DNA of 64,000 nucleotides from Penicillus capitatus. Lineage: Eukaryota > Plantae > Chlorophyta. Position numbers and translations under genes: made by a program. This document shows, in pieces, positions 1-11,900 of the stretch (its first letter is position 1; the number at the start of each line of letters is the position of its first letter). Location of the stretch: NCBI GenBank assembly GCA_965649825.1, contig OZ287713.1, forward strand, positions 239,487 through 303,486, in the 5' to 3' direction. The notes below the pieces were generated by a model. It was not told where the DNA came from. It did not search any database and worked only from the letters and a program-made list of their open reading frames with translations.

Positions 1-1428
1 CTCCAGACCCATATCGAACATGCGATCCGCCTCATCCAGTACCACAAACGTTGTCTTTTGCATCGTGCATGCTTTTGCCTGGAACCATGTGCTTCGACAC
101 GAGACACCTCGTCTGCTGGTGCTGCAGTACCTTGATCAGATCGATCATGCGTCCAGGAGTGGCAACGACGGCATCGCTTCCTGCTTTGAGTGCCTTGACT
201 TGATCGTACTTTCGCAGTCCGCCGAAGAGCGCGGCGACGGAGATGTGATACGGTTTGCCAAAGATTCGAGTCTGTTTGTGTATCTGCTCTGAGAGTTCGC
301 GTGTTGGAGCCATCACCAACGCCAATGGCCCTTCTCCCTTCTTCAAAGCTGGCGCCGCCATGACGTGAATGCACAAAGGCAGCACGTATGCCGCCGTCTT
401 GCCCGAGCCCGTTTTGGCCAGGCCCACAAGATCGCGTCCAGACAATGCTACTGGCAACACTTGCATCTGAATGGGCGTGGGTTTCTCAAATCTAAAGGAC
501 AGCGCATCTCAGAATGCGGGAGAGATTGAAAGGATTGGCAGAACTTCAGTTTCTTGATGACGGAGAGAAGAGGAAGATCAAATCCGCACTGAAAGAAGGT
601 CTTGATAGGCGCAGGAGCATGAAAGCCTCCCACTTTGATTCCGTGTGCTCCACGCAGCGCCTGAACCTACACAGACGTCACATCACATCACACTTGTCAC
701 TCTTCGTCCATCTACTACATCACCTGCTGAGCTGTTTGATTCTTGATATCTGCACACGGCTCATAGAAGTCCTTATCAAACTCCTCGTACTCCATAGCAT
801 CGTGGTCCAGTGCAGGAATCAATCCAATCTCGCGCTTCGTCTGCAGAGGAAGGATCTCTTGAGCGAGATCGAATGTGTGCGACACGGACAATGATGAGTT
901 GATCGTCAGAATCGTATTCTGCTTCCAGATCTTGATCCGCCGCTTTGGCTGCGGCATAGACTTCATCGTCCGAATCGTCCCCTTCACATCACACATGCCA
1001 CTCAACCGCCGCCAGTCCTTGAGATCGCGCAGCGTACGTGTCCCAGTCCTCATCGCTGCCATCATTCCCGAACTCAAACCGCGCTCTCTTCGTGCCTTTC
1101 TCGCACAAAAAGAGTGAGACGCTACTCAGGGGGTCGAACTGGAGCCAGACTTCCATAAATTCTGCCACTGGGTCGTCGCCTTCGTCGCAACGCGAGGCAG
1201 TGCTCAATCGCACCGCCTTCGGTTGTAGCTCCTGACTCTTCATCTCTTGGTGCACTTCAGCCATGAACGCATCGAGTGGGTCCACCTCATCCTGTCCTCC
1301 CATATAAAGTCGTCAGAACCTTCGTGACAGTGTCTCACTTCGGGTGTCGTTTGCCGTTTCGTCTCCTGCTCTGGCGTGGCGTCTTCGGACGTCGCCGTGC
1401 CGTACGATCGCTTTCGCGCTGAAGACAT
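1..1428 (-). CDS. DDX42: DEAD-box RNA helicase, DDX42/RH24-like (multi-exon; 3' part runs off the window start)
   Basis: Spliced translation gives DEVDPLDAFMAEV, LIPALDHDAMEYEEFDKDFY, Q-motif, AKTGSGKT, APTRELSEQI, TPGRMIDL and (after the 79-130 intron) VLDEADRMFDMG. ATG at 1428; 47-nt GT-AG intron at 1292-1338. Confidence 0.88.
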
Positions 1429-1539
1429 CGATGATCACTTTAGCCTCTATCAAAACGTAAGGCGTTACACCAAAACTTAAACGTCCATATTCCTCAATCG
1501 CCTTCATCATCGCCATTCCAGACGCGACGTCTTGTCTCT

Positions 1540-2126
1540 CTACTTGCCGCCAGATATCTTATTCTTCAGTTCCTCGACATCAGAAATCAATTCCTGACGA
1601 CTCGATTTAAACAATAGATATCTGCCACGTCACACTTTCTTCAGCAACTCCAAGAGTGAGAATTCGGATGCGACCTGTAGACGAACCAAGAGGTGTAGAT
1701 CAGGCCAACCAACTGAAAGAGCTTTGGAAGAAGCGGCAGACGGTCGAATGCGGAGACCACACTTGAGCCAACAAAGAGCAGCAGAACGGTACCGACGACG
1801 TACACCACCAATGATGTCTTGTCTTCCACTTTCTCCCATTTCTCCTGTGCGTCTTTCAGCAGTTTGTCTGTATCAAAATCCTTCAGTAGACTGTCCTCCG
1901 TGGATGGCTCTGGGTCCGAGGAAGCTGCTAAACGCGTGGAACGATAGAGGGTTCTGTTATGGGATCGCTGGAAGATGGGATCACGGAACAGGGCCTTCGG
2001 GAGATGGAGTCTTACGCGAAGGGTGGTGTTGGTACGTGCAAGGGATCGCAATGGAAGGCTGAATGGAGAGGGATGGCGACCGACGGCGACGACGTTGTCG
2101 AAAACGGCGACACGCGTGTTCGACAT
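1540..2126 (-). CDS. CURT1: Thylakoid curvature protein CURT1 (CAAD domain) with transit peptide
   Basis: WEKVEDKTSLVVYVVG...LPLLPKLFQLVGLIYTSWFVYR, then a 53-nt intron (1622-1674), then YLLFKSSRQELISDVEELKNKISGGK-TAG (stop 1540-1542). Start taken as MSNTRV at 2126. Confidence 0.9.
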
Positions 2127-3575
2127 CTCTCCTGTAGACGACAAAGGGGTGCAATGATAGAGGACTCGAGGCACACGCACGACTGGCAAGGCAATCTGGT
2201 CAGATGCAGATCTCTGCCACAGTGCTGTCACATCAAGCAGCACGGAAAGTGGATAGACCGACCAAACGTACCAACACGAGCATCTGCGAACGAACCAACG
2301 GCGGCGTGAAATGATGACAGACTCACGGGCTTCAGAAGACGCGCGCGTCTATGGTTGAACAAAATGATCGCGTGTCTGACCGCGAATGGGCAGTGGCTGA
2401 GTTACGCGTGGCGAGGTATACCATGTCGCTGCGTGGAAACAAACTGCAAGAGGGAAGGGTGTATGGTCGCGAAGGTCAGTGGCGCCGAGCGTCGGTGCTG
2501 AACGATCGATGCGCGACGCACATTCCTGACGCGATGCAGGCAGCTATCGTTGACCCCGTCGCTCCTGTGTGACCGGGATAGTGTCCGCTACAAAAGCGAT
2601 CGGCATTTTTTGAAGCGATGCGCCGTTCTGCGCCTCGCGATGTGCATGTCGCACAAACGTCATCCATACGACAGTCGACACCGGCCTCAGATGTTTCCCT
2701 GTGCACGTGGATCTGCCGTAGATTGCTGCGTGCCCCGTCTTCTGAGGAGAGAAATGCAAGGACCTGGAAAACGAAGGATCTTGTATCGAGACCCTCGAAC
2801 CACTGTTCCTTGGCACAGATCCAAAGGGAGAGGATGATCGCGTACCATAGGACACCTTCTGAAGCACCCCCATGCTCATGAGAAAAATCGAAGGCCCTTT
2901 CTGACCCAGCACCAACACACCACTCATTGATGAAAATCGTGTGACTTTCGCTCTACAGATCGCTTTGATCGAGCATGAAGATCGACACGGACCTATCTGA
3001 GAGTCCAGCCGTCTTTGTTTCCTGGGATGATTACTCTGTGCTGTTCACATCTGAGGGTTCGTCCCAGCAGAGCTGATGAGAACACAGAGGAGACCTGATC
3101 TGAGGGACACGATGACAATCGCCAGCGATGATGATTGCGAACACAGATCTGTTCTGAATGCCCTCGGGCGCTGATGACTCCGTCCATGCACCATTCTGAT
3201 CGTTCATATCCATCGGGGAAAGGATGAGAACGGTCCATGACCTTCCCACAAATGATGTCTGTCTTCCATGATTCCAACCGACATGCACCTCCACCTGATC
3301 CCCTGTCGAATGGCACACCATCCAATGCTCGAGTCTTTTGCGCCGTGTGCGAACAGGGCGTTTCTCTTTTCGAGTAGAGCAATCGATGCAGACATTGGAA
3401 CATCACATGTATTGGAAGATGTGTGATGTGTCGGAGTCTGCAAACACACGATGCCTTTTTGCCTTTGTCTGTTCTTGTGGACTGGCAAACTTCCTGAAAG
3501 GCAAAGAACGAAGACATGAGCTCAGGCAGCGGAAAGGCATCTGTAGCCTGTTCCGCAGATCCACTCATTTGACAG

Positions 3576-4445
3576 ATGATGCGCATCGTGACATCGCATC
3601 GCCTTCCATGTACGCTCAGACGCCACAGACGTGGAGAGGTCTGTCGTGCTTCGTGGAATGTGGCTGAAACGGTAGTACTGGCGACGTCTATCGTGCCGCT
3701 GTCGATTGCGGCGGACGCCCTCGTCGACCGAGTCACTCAACGTGTCGCCAGAAGATGCAACACCGATGCCGACGGCGTGCGTTGCTTCGTCGCATCGCCA
3801 AGCACAGCGACGTCGTCTTCCGCGTCTCCGCCCGTCGTTTTGGTCCTGCACGAGATCGCCGGGCTACAGGACCGCGAGGTCGAATTCTGCCAAGATTTGG
3901 CGAAGAGAGGATACGTGGCAATTGCCGTCGATATGTTCCGCGGGCGTTCTTCCAAGTGGCTCCCACGTATCATCAGCTTTGCCCTGGAGAAAGTTGTGCT
4001 GCCTTCGGATCCGGACTACAGCGTCCCTGAAGTGTTGAAACTGTTAAAGTGGTTGAAGACGCAGGAGTGGTATGGTCCCGAGACGCCAATCGGGATCATT
4101 GGTTTTTGCTACGGCGGTGGCAGCAGTATACGTTCAGCTATCGCGGCCCCGGGTGCATTCACATCCGTCGGTGTTTTCTACGGAAACCCGCCTGCGAAGC
4201 AAGCACTCTGTGGCCTGTCCTGTCCCGTCTTCGCCACGTACGGCTCAGAAGACGCGCAATTTCCTTCTTTCGTACAGGACGCATTCGAAGAGGCACTGCG
4301 ACGCATCCCTGGATCGCAGTTTCTTCGTCTCAATGGTGAAGGTCACGCCTTTGTGACGAATTTAGAAGCGACGCGGAAGGAAGGCGCTGCCCAAGCGGCA
4401 TGGAAGGCGTACATCTCCTTCCTGGACGAGACTTTGAAAAGCTAA
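3576..4445 (+). CDS. Dienelactone hydrolase family alpha/beta hydrolase, single exon
   Basis: VLVLHEIAG, GFCYGG nucleophile elbow, YGSED and GEGHAF motifs. The N-terminal extension may be an organellar targeting peptide. Confidence 0.88.
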   Translation: MMRIVTSHRLPCTLRRHRRGEVCRASWNVAETVVLATSIVPLSIAADALVDRVTQRVARRCNTDADGVRCFVASPSTATSSSASPPVVLVLHEIAGLQDREVEFCQDLAKRGYVAIAVDMFRGRSSKWLPRIISFALEKVVLPSDPDYSVPEVLKLLKWLKTQEWYGPETPIGIIGFCYGGGSSIRSAIAAPGAFTSVGVFYGNPPAKQALCGLSCPVFATYGSEDAQFPSFVQDAFEEALRRIPGSQFLRLNGEGHAFVTNLEATRKEGAAQAAWKAYISFLDETLKS

Positions 4446-4646
4446 CCTCCCGCGGCTCGTGGCGCATCTACGGAACTCGGTGATTCTCCACCAGCTCTGA
4501 CCACAGTAACCGACGAATGGTCGGAGTCATTTCCTGGAGTAGAGTGCATTGTCATTTCTTCCGCGTTGCTTCTGTGTCACCATCTAAGCGTCCAGGGTCT
4601 CGGTCGTCTGCGTCGCACATTTCGTTAGGGATAGCTGTAGCACAAG

Positions 4647-6342
4647 ATGAATGGTTCGACGGACGTTTTTCGGTGTCAACACGCACTGGCCAAGAAACAG
4701 CTGAAAGGAGAGGTAGCCGTAAATCCGTCACAGCACACGGCGTGTCACTGAGCATCGTGCGGCAGGATACCTACCTGGTCGTGGAGAACTTAACCGTGGG
4801 CGACACGAAGTGGTCGCTCTATTGCGTGTGCGACGGACACGGAGGGAACTCTGCTGCCAGATTCGTCAAGGCCAAGCTACCCCGTATACCATCCCGCCAC
4901 CTTCGTCATAGCTCCTTCAACGAAGGTGCATGTCCGTAGTGATGCTAAGAGAGAAACTACCGACGTCACCACCTCCCTATCGAATGCATGGAAAAGGTAG
5001 GGAAGAGTGGAGGCGGATAGGATGTCAAGTCTTGTGTGTCAGAGGGGCGTCTTTGGGCACAAAAAGTTGCCAAGGCCCTGGCTTCGACATTCTGTTCTCT
5101 CGACGAAGCCTTCGCACAGACCGCTATGCCTTCGGGTCGATCGTGCACCTGGGTCCTGTTTCCAGGCTCACGGATGTGTGTTAGGCGCGACGGTGTCTCT
5201 TGCGTTGATATGCGGATCCCTGTTGACGATCGCCAATGTGGGCGATTCTGAGGTATTTTTGGACACATTGTCATCGATTCTGCCTTTAACGGACAGTCAC
5301 AAAGTCGAGACAAACACTGCTGAACAAGACCGGTAAGTAATGCCTAGCCGGCACGATGGTATACATGCTGTGATTTGACAGGCTCAAGGGGAAGGGGGCC
5401 ACGATCAGTGCATTCTTCAGTGCACCATCTAGCGGAAAAGGCGTTTTCCGAGGTACAGCGTCCGAAAGGGGCACGAGCTTCGATGCCGAGCGTCTGTTCA
5501 TCAGGTCCCCTTCGCGTCTGGCCAGGCGGCATTGCCATATCGCGTTCCTTGGGCGATTTCGATTGCAGTCCCCACGTGATTGCCAATCCACACATCACAC
5601 AGGTCAACTGTCGGCAGATTGGGTCGCGGTCGTTTGGCTGACCTCTCCACGGTGTGATGCCTAGGTCATTCTGCCAGAGGCTGGATCGCGTCTGATTCTA
5701 GCTACAGATGGTTTGTGGGATCACGTCACTGGACGAAGGGCCTGCCGTTTAGCACGACGATGTCTGTTGTCGCGCGCACCTACACGTCTTTTTCGTACGC
5801 TTATGACAGAAACATGCAATACACTCCTGGACGATACCACTATTCTTATCGTTGACATATTGCCAATGGATGGATCAAGTGCTGATTTCTCGCTCATATG
5901 TAGAAATGAAAAATCAAACGTAAGTGCTGTCCCTGCTCCGAGATCGTCTGCATGGCGGCTGTGTTCCTGTAGAAGTCTGTATGGTCTACTGTGAAGAGAT
6001 TCCTTGAAAAAATTCCCCGTCTGAAGCGAAAGCCAGCGAGCATCTATTCACGCGTCGATACTGTCCATGCCTATCCAAAAATAAAATCGAAAGGTAGGCG
6101 GTGGTACCCCTGTGATGACGAACCGATCGCTTTATTTTGCCTCGATCTGTGCTCTAGGGCATGTTCTGTATCGCGAGGCCTCGCCGCGACCGACGCTGTC
6201 CTTGTCCAAGGACGATTTTCAAAAGAGGATTTCTGTGTACAACGAGGGAACGAACAGATGGAACCCAGATGGACGCAATGGTCTTTTTCAACAGGCTGCG
6301 CCTGAATGCATTTCTGCTCAGGCCTGTAGTGTAGGAAATTAA
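4647..6342 (+). CDS. Protein phosphatase 2C (PPM family), multi-exon
   Basis: Exons give AKKQLKGE|DTYL, CDGHGG, ANVGDS, GPLRVWPGGIAISRSLGDFD, ATDGLWD and DDTTILIVD. ATG at 4647; last exon ends in TAA at 6342. Confidence 0.85.
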
Positions 6343-6792
6343 TTGCATGATGATCTGCGCTAATAAAACATTGATCGGCACTATTCTATTGTCATTGACC
6401 TCTCTTTTATGCAATAGACATAAAATGACATCATTGAACTCCTGGCCTCAATGTGAGGTCCTCATAATCAAGGGAAAGGTCCTCAGGCAGATAGGACAGG
6501 ATATACTGTATGACACTGCTATCATCATCATGGGCTTCTTCTTAACTTCATTCCTTTTTCGAACAATCTTGTACGAAAGAGCGTTCGGGGGAAGATTTTA
6601 TCTGGCCCTTAAGTTTTCGATTCCTCAAACTCTCTGCTAAACAAGAAAGTACTGAATGCCAAACCCAATGCTGATGGGAAAAGTTCCCACGTCTTCATGT
6701 AACCAACGTTTCCATACTATACGATAACGATGACGTGACGCCGTCATATCTCGCCCGTGTCATTCTTTGACAACCCAACGCGCTGCGCAAAG

Positions 6793-8524
6793 ATGTACGC
6801 GCCTTCCATTCTGAACGGCGTTGTCTCGCCGCATATGCGTTTTCTGCATATGGCGCGTCCCCGACATCCACGAATGATGACCTCCGGGGGGACGGTTGAG
6901 CTGTGGCTGCCGAGGAGGAAGCGCCTTCATATGTGCGCCCAGTTCGATAGCGACCGAGGTCCGGCACTCACGCCGCAGCAGAGACCCAATGCCCGTCGTG
7001 ACCCCAATCCACCCGAAGAACAGGACGTCGAAGAGAGGGACCCTTCACCTCGCCCACCCAGCCTCTTGTCCTGGCTGCTCTCCGCTTTTGCCCGTATCTT
7101 GGATGCTGTCTACAAAGCCATCGGCGAATGGTTCAAGAAACCCGTTGTCCGTCTCATTCTTTTCGCTCTCACTCTTTTCGGTTCTGTTCTCTGGCGTGAG
7201 ATTCACATTGAGCGATCGATGTATAGGCGCACAAGCCTTGGCGACGGCGCAGAAAGGATACAGCATGAATGTGCTCTACTCAGAATTTGTGAAGCAGGTC
7301 GAAGCCGGTAAAGTACAGACGGTGTATTTCGAATCCAAGTCCAATACCATTCGCTTCATCTACGATGCTCAGATGTGGAACGGACTGCGGGAGAGTCTCG
7401 CCGGACGCTTTCCCAAAATGCAGCCCAACGAGATGGAGCGACGCATTCGGCGTATACGTACCTATTCGAAGATCGTCCCTGGACAGACGGACAGTCTCAC
7501 GCAGCTGCTCAAGAAGAAGCAAATAAAGTACGGCGTCGAGGAGCCATCGGCACGATCGATCGCCACGACATTCCTATCGACGATGTTTTGGCTCTGGGTG
7601 CCATTGCTGCCGCTGATCTATCTCTTCACTCGGATGATGGACACACGTCTCGGCGGAAAGAATCGCAAAGCGCGGCATTTTACGCTGCCGAAGGTGCAGT
7701 TCACCGACGTCGCCGGAATGGAAGCGGCCAAGATCGAGCTTATGGAAGTGGTGGAGTTGCTCAAAGATCCACGCAAATATGCCAGACTCAACGCAAAGGG
7801 ACCATCTGGTGTGCTGCTCTATGGCCCGACGGGCACAGGGAAGACGCTCTTGGCCAGAGCCGTTGCCGGCGAAGCAGGCGTGCCCTTCTTTGCGGTATCG
7901 GGTTCGGAATTCGTTGAGATGTTTGTTGGCCGTGGAGCAGCACGCATTCGAGAGCTCTTTCGAGAAGCGCGCAAAAACAAGCCCTGTGTGGTCTTTGTCG
8001 ATGAGATCGATGCCGTCGGCGGCGTGCGTGGTGGCAGTTACAACGACGAGCGTGATCAGACGCTGAATCAATTGCTGGTGGAACTGGACGGCTTCGAAGA
8101 CAATACCTCGATCGTCTTACTGGCGGCCACCAATCGCTACGACTGTCTGGATCCCGCTCTGCTGCGCCCCGGTCGATTGACGCGGAAGATCCGAGTAACG
8201 TTGCCCGATGTCGAAAGCCGAGCCGCCATCTTGGCCGTTCATCTACGAGATGTCCCGATGGAGGATGTGGCCGAGAAGATCCAGGCATGCGCGTTTATCG
8301 CACGATTGTCCGGAGGGTTTTCCGGAGCCGAGTTGGCGAATACTGTCAACGAGGCGGCGCTGATGGCGGCGCGGGAGAATCGCGAGGTGATCGAAGTGAA
8401 CGATTTGATGAGGGGCTTACAGAGAACGAAGCAACCCGTCAATAGACAAACGGTTTCGCCTCAGTGGCTCGCTTCATTTCAACAGAGCATTCTAGATCAA
8501 ATTTGGAAAGAGACCAAATCGTGA
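6793..8524 (+). CDS. FTSHI3: Plastid FtsH-like AAA ATPase lacking the M41 protease domain (FtsHi3-like)
   Basis: Transit peptide and TM segment in exon 1, 43-nt intron at 7221-7263, then Walker A GPTGTGKT, Walker [25 protein letters not shown] and [10 protein letters not shown]. The ORF ends just after the AAA lid, with no HEXXH. Confidence 0.8.
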
Positions 8525-8910
8525 ACGTGCGTATACCCCTCTCACACGATAAATATGCCTGTCGGATTATGTCTACACGTGTAAAATCTGTTGCCTTCGT
8601 GTGTGGATCCTCAACGCGTCATCTCCTCAGTTTCCAATCTTCTATCATAATGCATTGACCGTGTGCACTTTAATTTAAAACAAAAGATGCTCGCATGAAC
8701 GTAACGATGAGAGGAAGGACGCTTTGGTTAGTGCTACACAGAGAGATAGAATGAGAGAGGTAGATATTGGAAGGAAGGAACAAAAAATGTCAACTAAACC
8801 GCAACAACAATGATAAGAACGCCAGAGTAACTAACTACGATAACCGTAACCACCTTATAAATCAAGAGATCGTCCATTTGTTGCAAACAGCACTAACAAA
8901 CACTCTGTTT

Positions 8911-11900
8911 TTATTCTCTGTTTCTGTTTTGTCGTACAGAAGCCAGTTCGTTTGCAGGGAATTCTAAGAAATGCACGTGCCCGTTGCCATCGCCCACAAC
9001 AATGGTATCCGTTTCTCTTTCGCCTGCAAACTGACAGGATGAGATACCGGTATCGGCCAAATAAACCGCTCGCAATTTGCCAGATGTGGCTGTCCACACA
9101 CGGATGACAGAATTGGTCGAGTACGTCGCTAAGAATCGTCCATCTGGTGAAAATACAGCCCCACACAAATGATCTCCTTGACTTTCCAGAATTCCTAAGC
9201 AGCGCCCCTTCACAATATCCCACAACCAGGCAGTAGTTTCGCCGGCGATCGTGACGGCGCGACGCCAGTAAACGTCGACGGCTAAGAATTCGATCGCTGT
9301 TGGATGATCCAGCACCATGGTGCATTCTCCCGTTGCTAAGTCCCACAGACGTGCGGTCTTATCATAACCAGCTGTCATGCACTTAGTTCCATTGGAATGA
9401 ACTGTCACAAGATCTACTCCATCTTCATGACCTGCACGACACAGAGATCTCAATGAGGGATCCGATTATCACACCGTCTGTGCCTTCTAGAGTGAGAATA
9501 GTAGAATTGGCTTCGAAGTCCCACAGACGACCCGTGCTATCTTTGCTAACCGTCACTGCCTGAGTTCCGTTTCGCGTCATAACAATTTCGTTGACAGCCG
9601 CTGCGTGAACCTGAACTCCATCGCGCTCTGCTCGACGCATGAGCCACTGTATCAATTCCATCGTCTCCAGATTCCACAGAGTGATGGTCGAATCGAAAAG
9701 GACAATAACAGCACGCGACCCATCCGAAGAGACGGCGATGGATTTCAGCCTGCTGCCAGAATGGGGTGGGAGTTTCTTGATACATTCGCCGCTTTCCATA
9801 TCCCAAACACAAACACACCTGTCACATCCAGTCAAGACATGACCGATGCATCGCCGCCGTCTTACCGATCACCGGAGGCTGTCACAAGACGTGTGCCTTC
9901 GACGACGAGAAACGCAAAGTTGATATTGGACTGCGACCGAATCAGATGCGTCGCGTCGCACGTGGACAAATCCCAGATCAGGATGGTTCGATCCTCGCCG
10001 ATGGTGATCACCTACATACACGCCGCCTGTCACATCAGGCCTCCCATTCGGGACGGCGCATTGCTTTTCTGTTTGTGGGATAATGCAGGATTTTGGTGAC
10101 TTTGCCGTGATGGAAGTCCTCCAAGTGCGTCGCCGGAGCAGACAGATCCCAGACCCGCGCCGTCGTATCGGTCGATGCGGTGATGGCAAATCTGCCTTTG
10201 TAGGACAGCGCGATACCGTTGATCTCGCCAAAGTGCCCTTTCAGAATACGCAGCGCCGATCCTGTGTTGCCATCCCAGACAATTCCCAACTCATCTCCAG
10301 CGACCGTGACCACGCGTGAGCCATCTTTTGTAATGGCGGCGTCGTTGATCCATGCTCCATGGCCTACCAGCTCACACACTTTGCTCCTTTCCTTCACATC
10401 CCATACGATTCCAATCGCATCGTCCGACACCGAGACAGCGCGACGACCGTCCTGTGTCACTTTGAGATTATTGATCCTCCCTCGATGTCCTGTGAAGACA
10501 TGGGAGCAGACACCCTGCCACAGATCCCAGAGACGCAGTGTTTTGTCGTGTGAGGCAGAGAGCAGGATACCACTGTCGCCTGCAAACGATAGGGAGACAA
10601 TCCAATCCGAATGCCCCTCGAGGGTATCGACCAAATTGGCGGATTCCATCATCCAAATGCGAACTTTGAAATCGGCATCGACGGTGGCGACCACACGTGC
10701 ATCGGGTGATATCGTTATGTCGTGATGACCAGCCCACTCTTCCCACGTTCGACCTCTGGCTCCAGAAACAGCAGATAAGACATGAAGACAGGTGCCTTGT
10801 GCCAGAGACCATATCCGCGTGGTCATGTCTTGCGAAGAGGTCACTGCTCGGCGGCATTGGGGATCGACGGCGACAGCGTTGATGCGTTTCGTATGGCCAC
10901 AGAGTTTGTGTCGCCACATTCCGGATGGCAGATCGTAGACAATGGCCGTGCAATCCTCGCCGCCAGAGACTAAGACATGTCCATCGTTCGAGAGAGCAAA
11001 GCAGGTAACGGCGCCTTCGTGATCTTCCATCTTCAGTACGAAGTCGCCGATCTCCATGTCCCACACCCGAATCGATCCGTCTGACGAGGCGGTGATCACT
11101 TCGAGTCCATTCGGAGACAGCTCGACTTTGATGATGTTCTCGGTATGGCCTTTGAGAATCAATCTCTGCAGTCCGCCCGCTTGCTCAAGGGATGGGGTCT
11201 TGGGCAGAAGATGCACTGGCATCGATCGGGATTTCCGATACGGTACTGCCATTCTCCATTCTCGACTTCCTTGTTCACACCATTCCTGGATTCCTGGATT
11301 CTGCTGTGCGGATATCATCAGTCTGCCTAACATCTGTTCTTTGAGAATATAGAGCGTTGAATGGTCTAGTGATCCGTTGGCCGAAATCTGAAACGCTCGA
11401 AGCATCAGCGTGAGATCCGGATCTTCTTTGCAGCTAAAGTATCGGCGAAAGTCGGCGACCACGGCTCCCGTTCCATAGCTTCGCAGCTTTGTCTCTAACC
11501 AGATGGCATCTCTCAGCAATGCTGCTAACTCAGATAATCTGCCTGCTCCAGTAAGATGGTACGCGACATTCTGCATAAAGTAGTGATCGTCTGGGACGAG
11601 GGCTAAGTCTTGAAAACCTTGACGGTAGAGATTGATCACTCTCGAATGCATCTCCGGCAGCTGATCCCTCGTTTCTTGCTTCAATCGATCCGAATGCTCC
11701 GTATTCATCATGCACCACAGGGTGCCGTCTTCTAGTGTTGCCACTCGGATGACCTTCTTTCCTTCCATGACCCAGGCAGCTGCCTCGGCATCGTGCATAG
11801 GAATGGGTTGCATAAATCCCCATAACATGCACAGCAATGAAAGAGGAAAGGGCACATCGTCTGGGACCACCGCCAACTGCTGATAGCGTCTCTGAAGCTC

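Noticed and set aside
2300-3500. Possible unannotated gene between CURT1 and the hydrolase
   Set aside because: Several short ORFs and one hydrophobic stretch exist on the minus strand, but I could not build a consistent spliced model or recognise any motif.
1540-4445. TAA/TAG reassigned to Gln, as in some ulvophytes
   Set aside because: CURT1 ends with TAG at the homologous C-terminus and the hydrolase ends with TAA; the long ORFs show no in-frame TAR interruptions.
7045-8442. Numerous 60-180 aa ORFs overlapping real genes (here and throughout the window)
   Set aside because: They are antisense or alternate-frame shadows of GC-rich coding sequence with no recognisable motifs.
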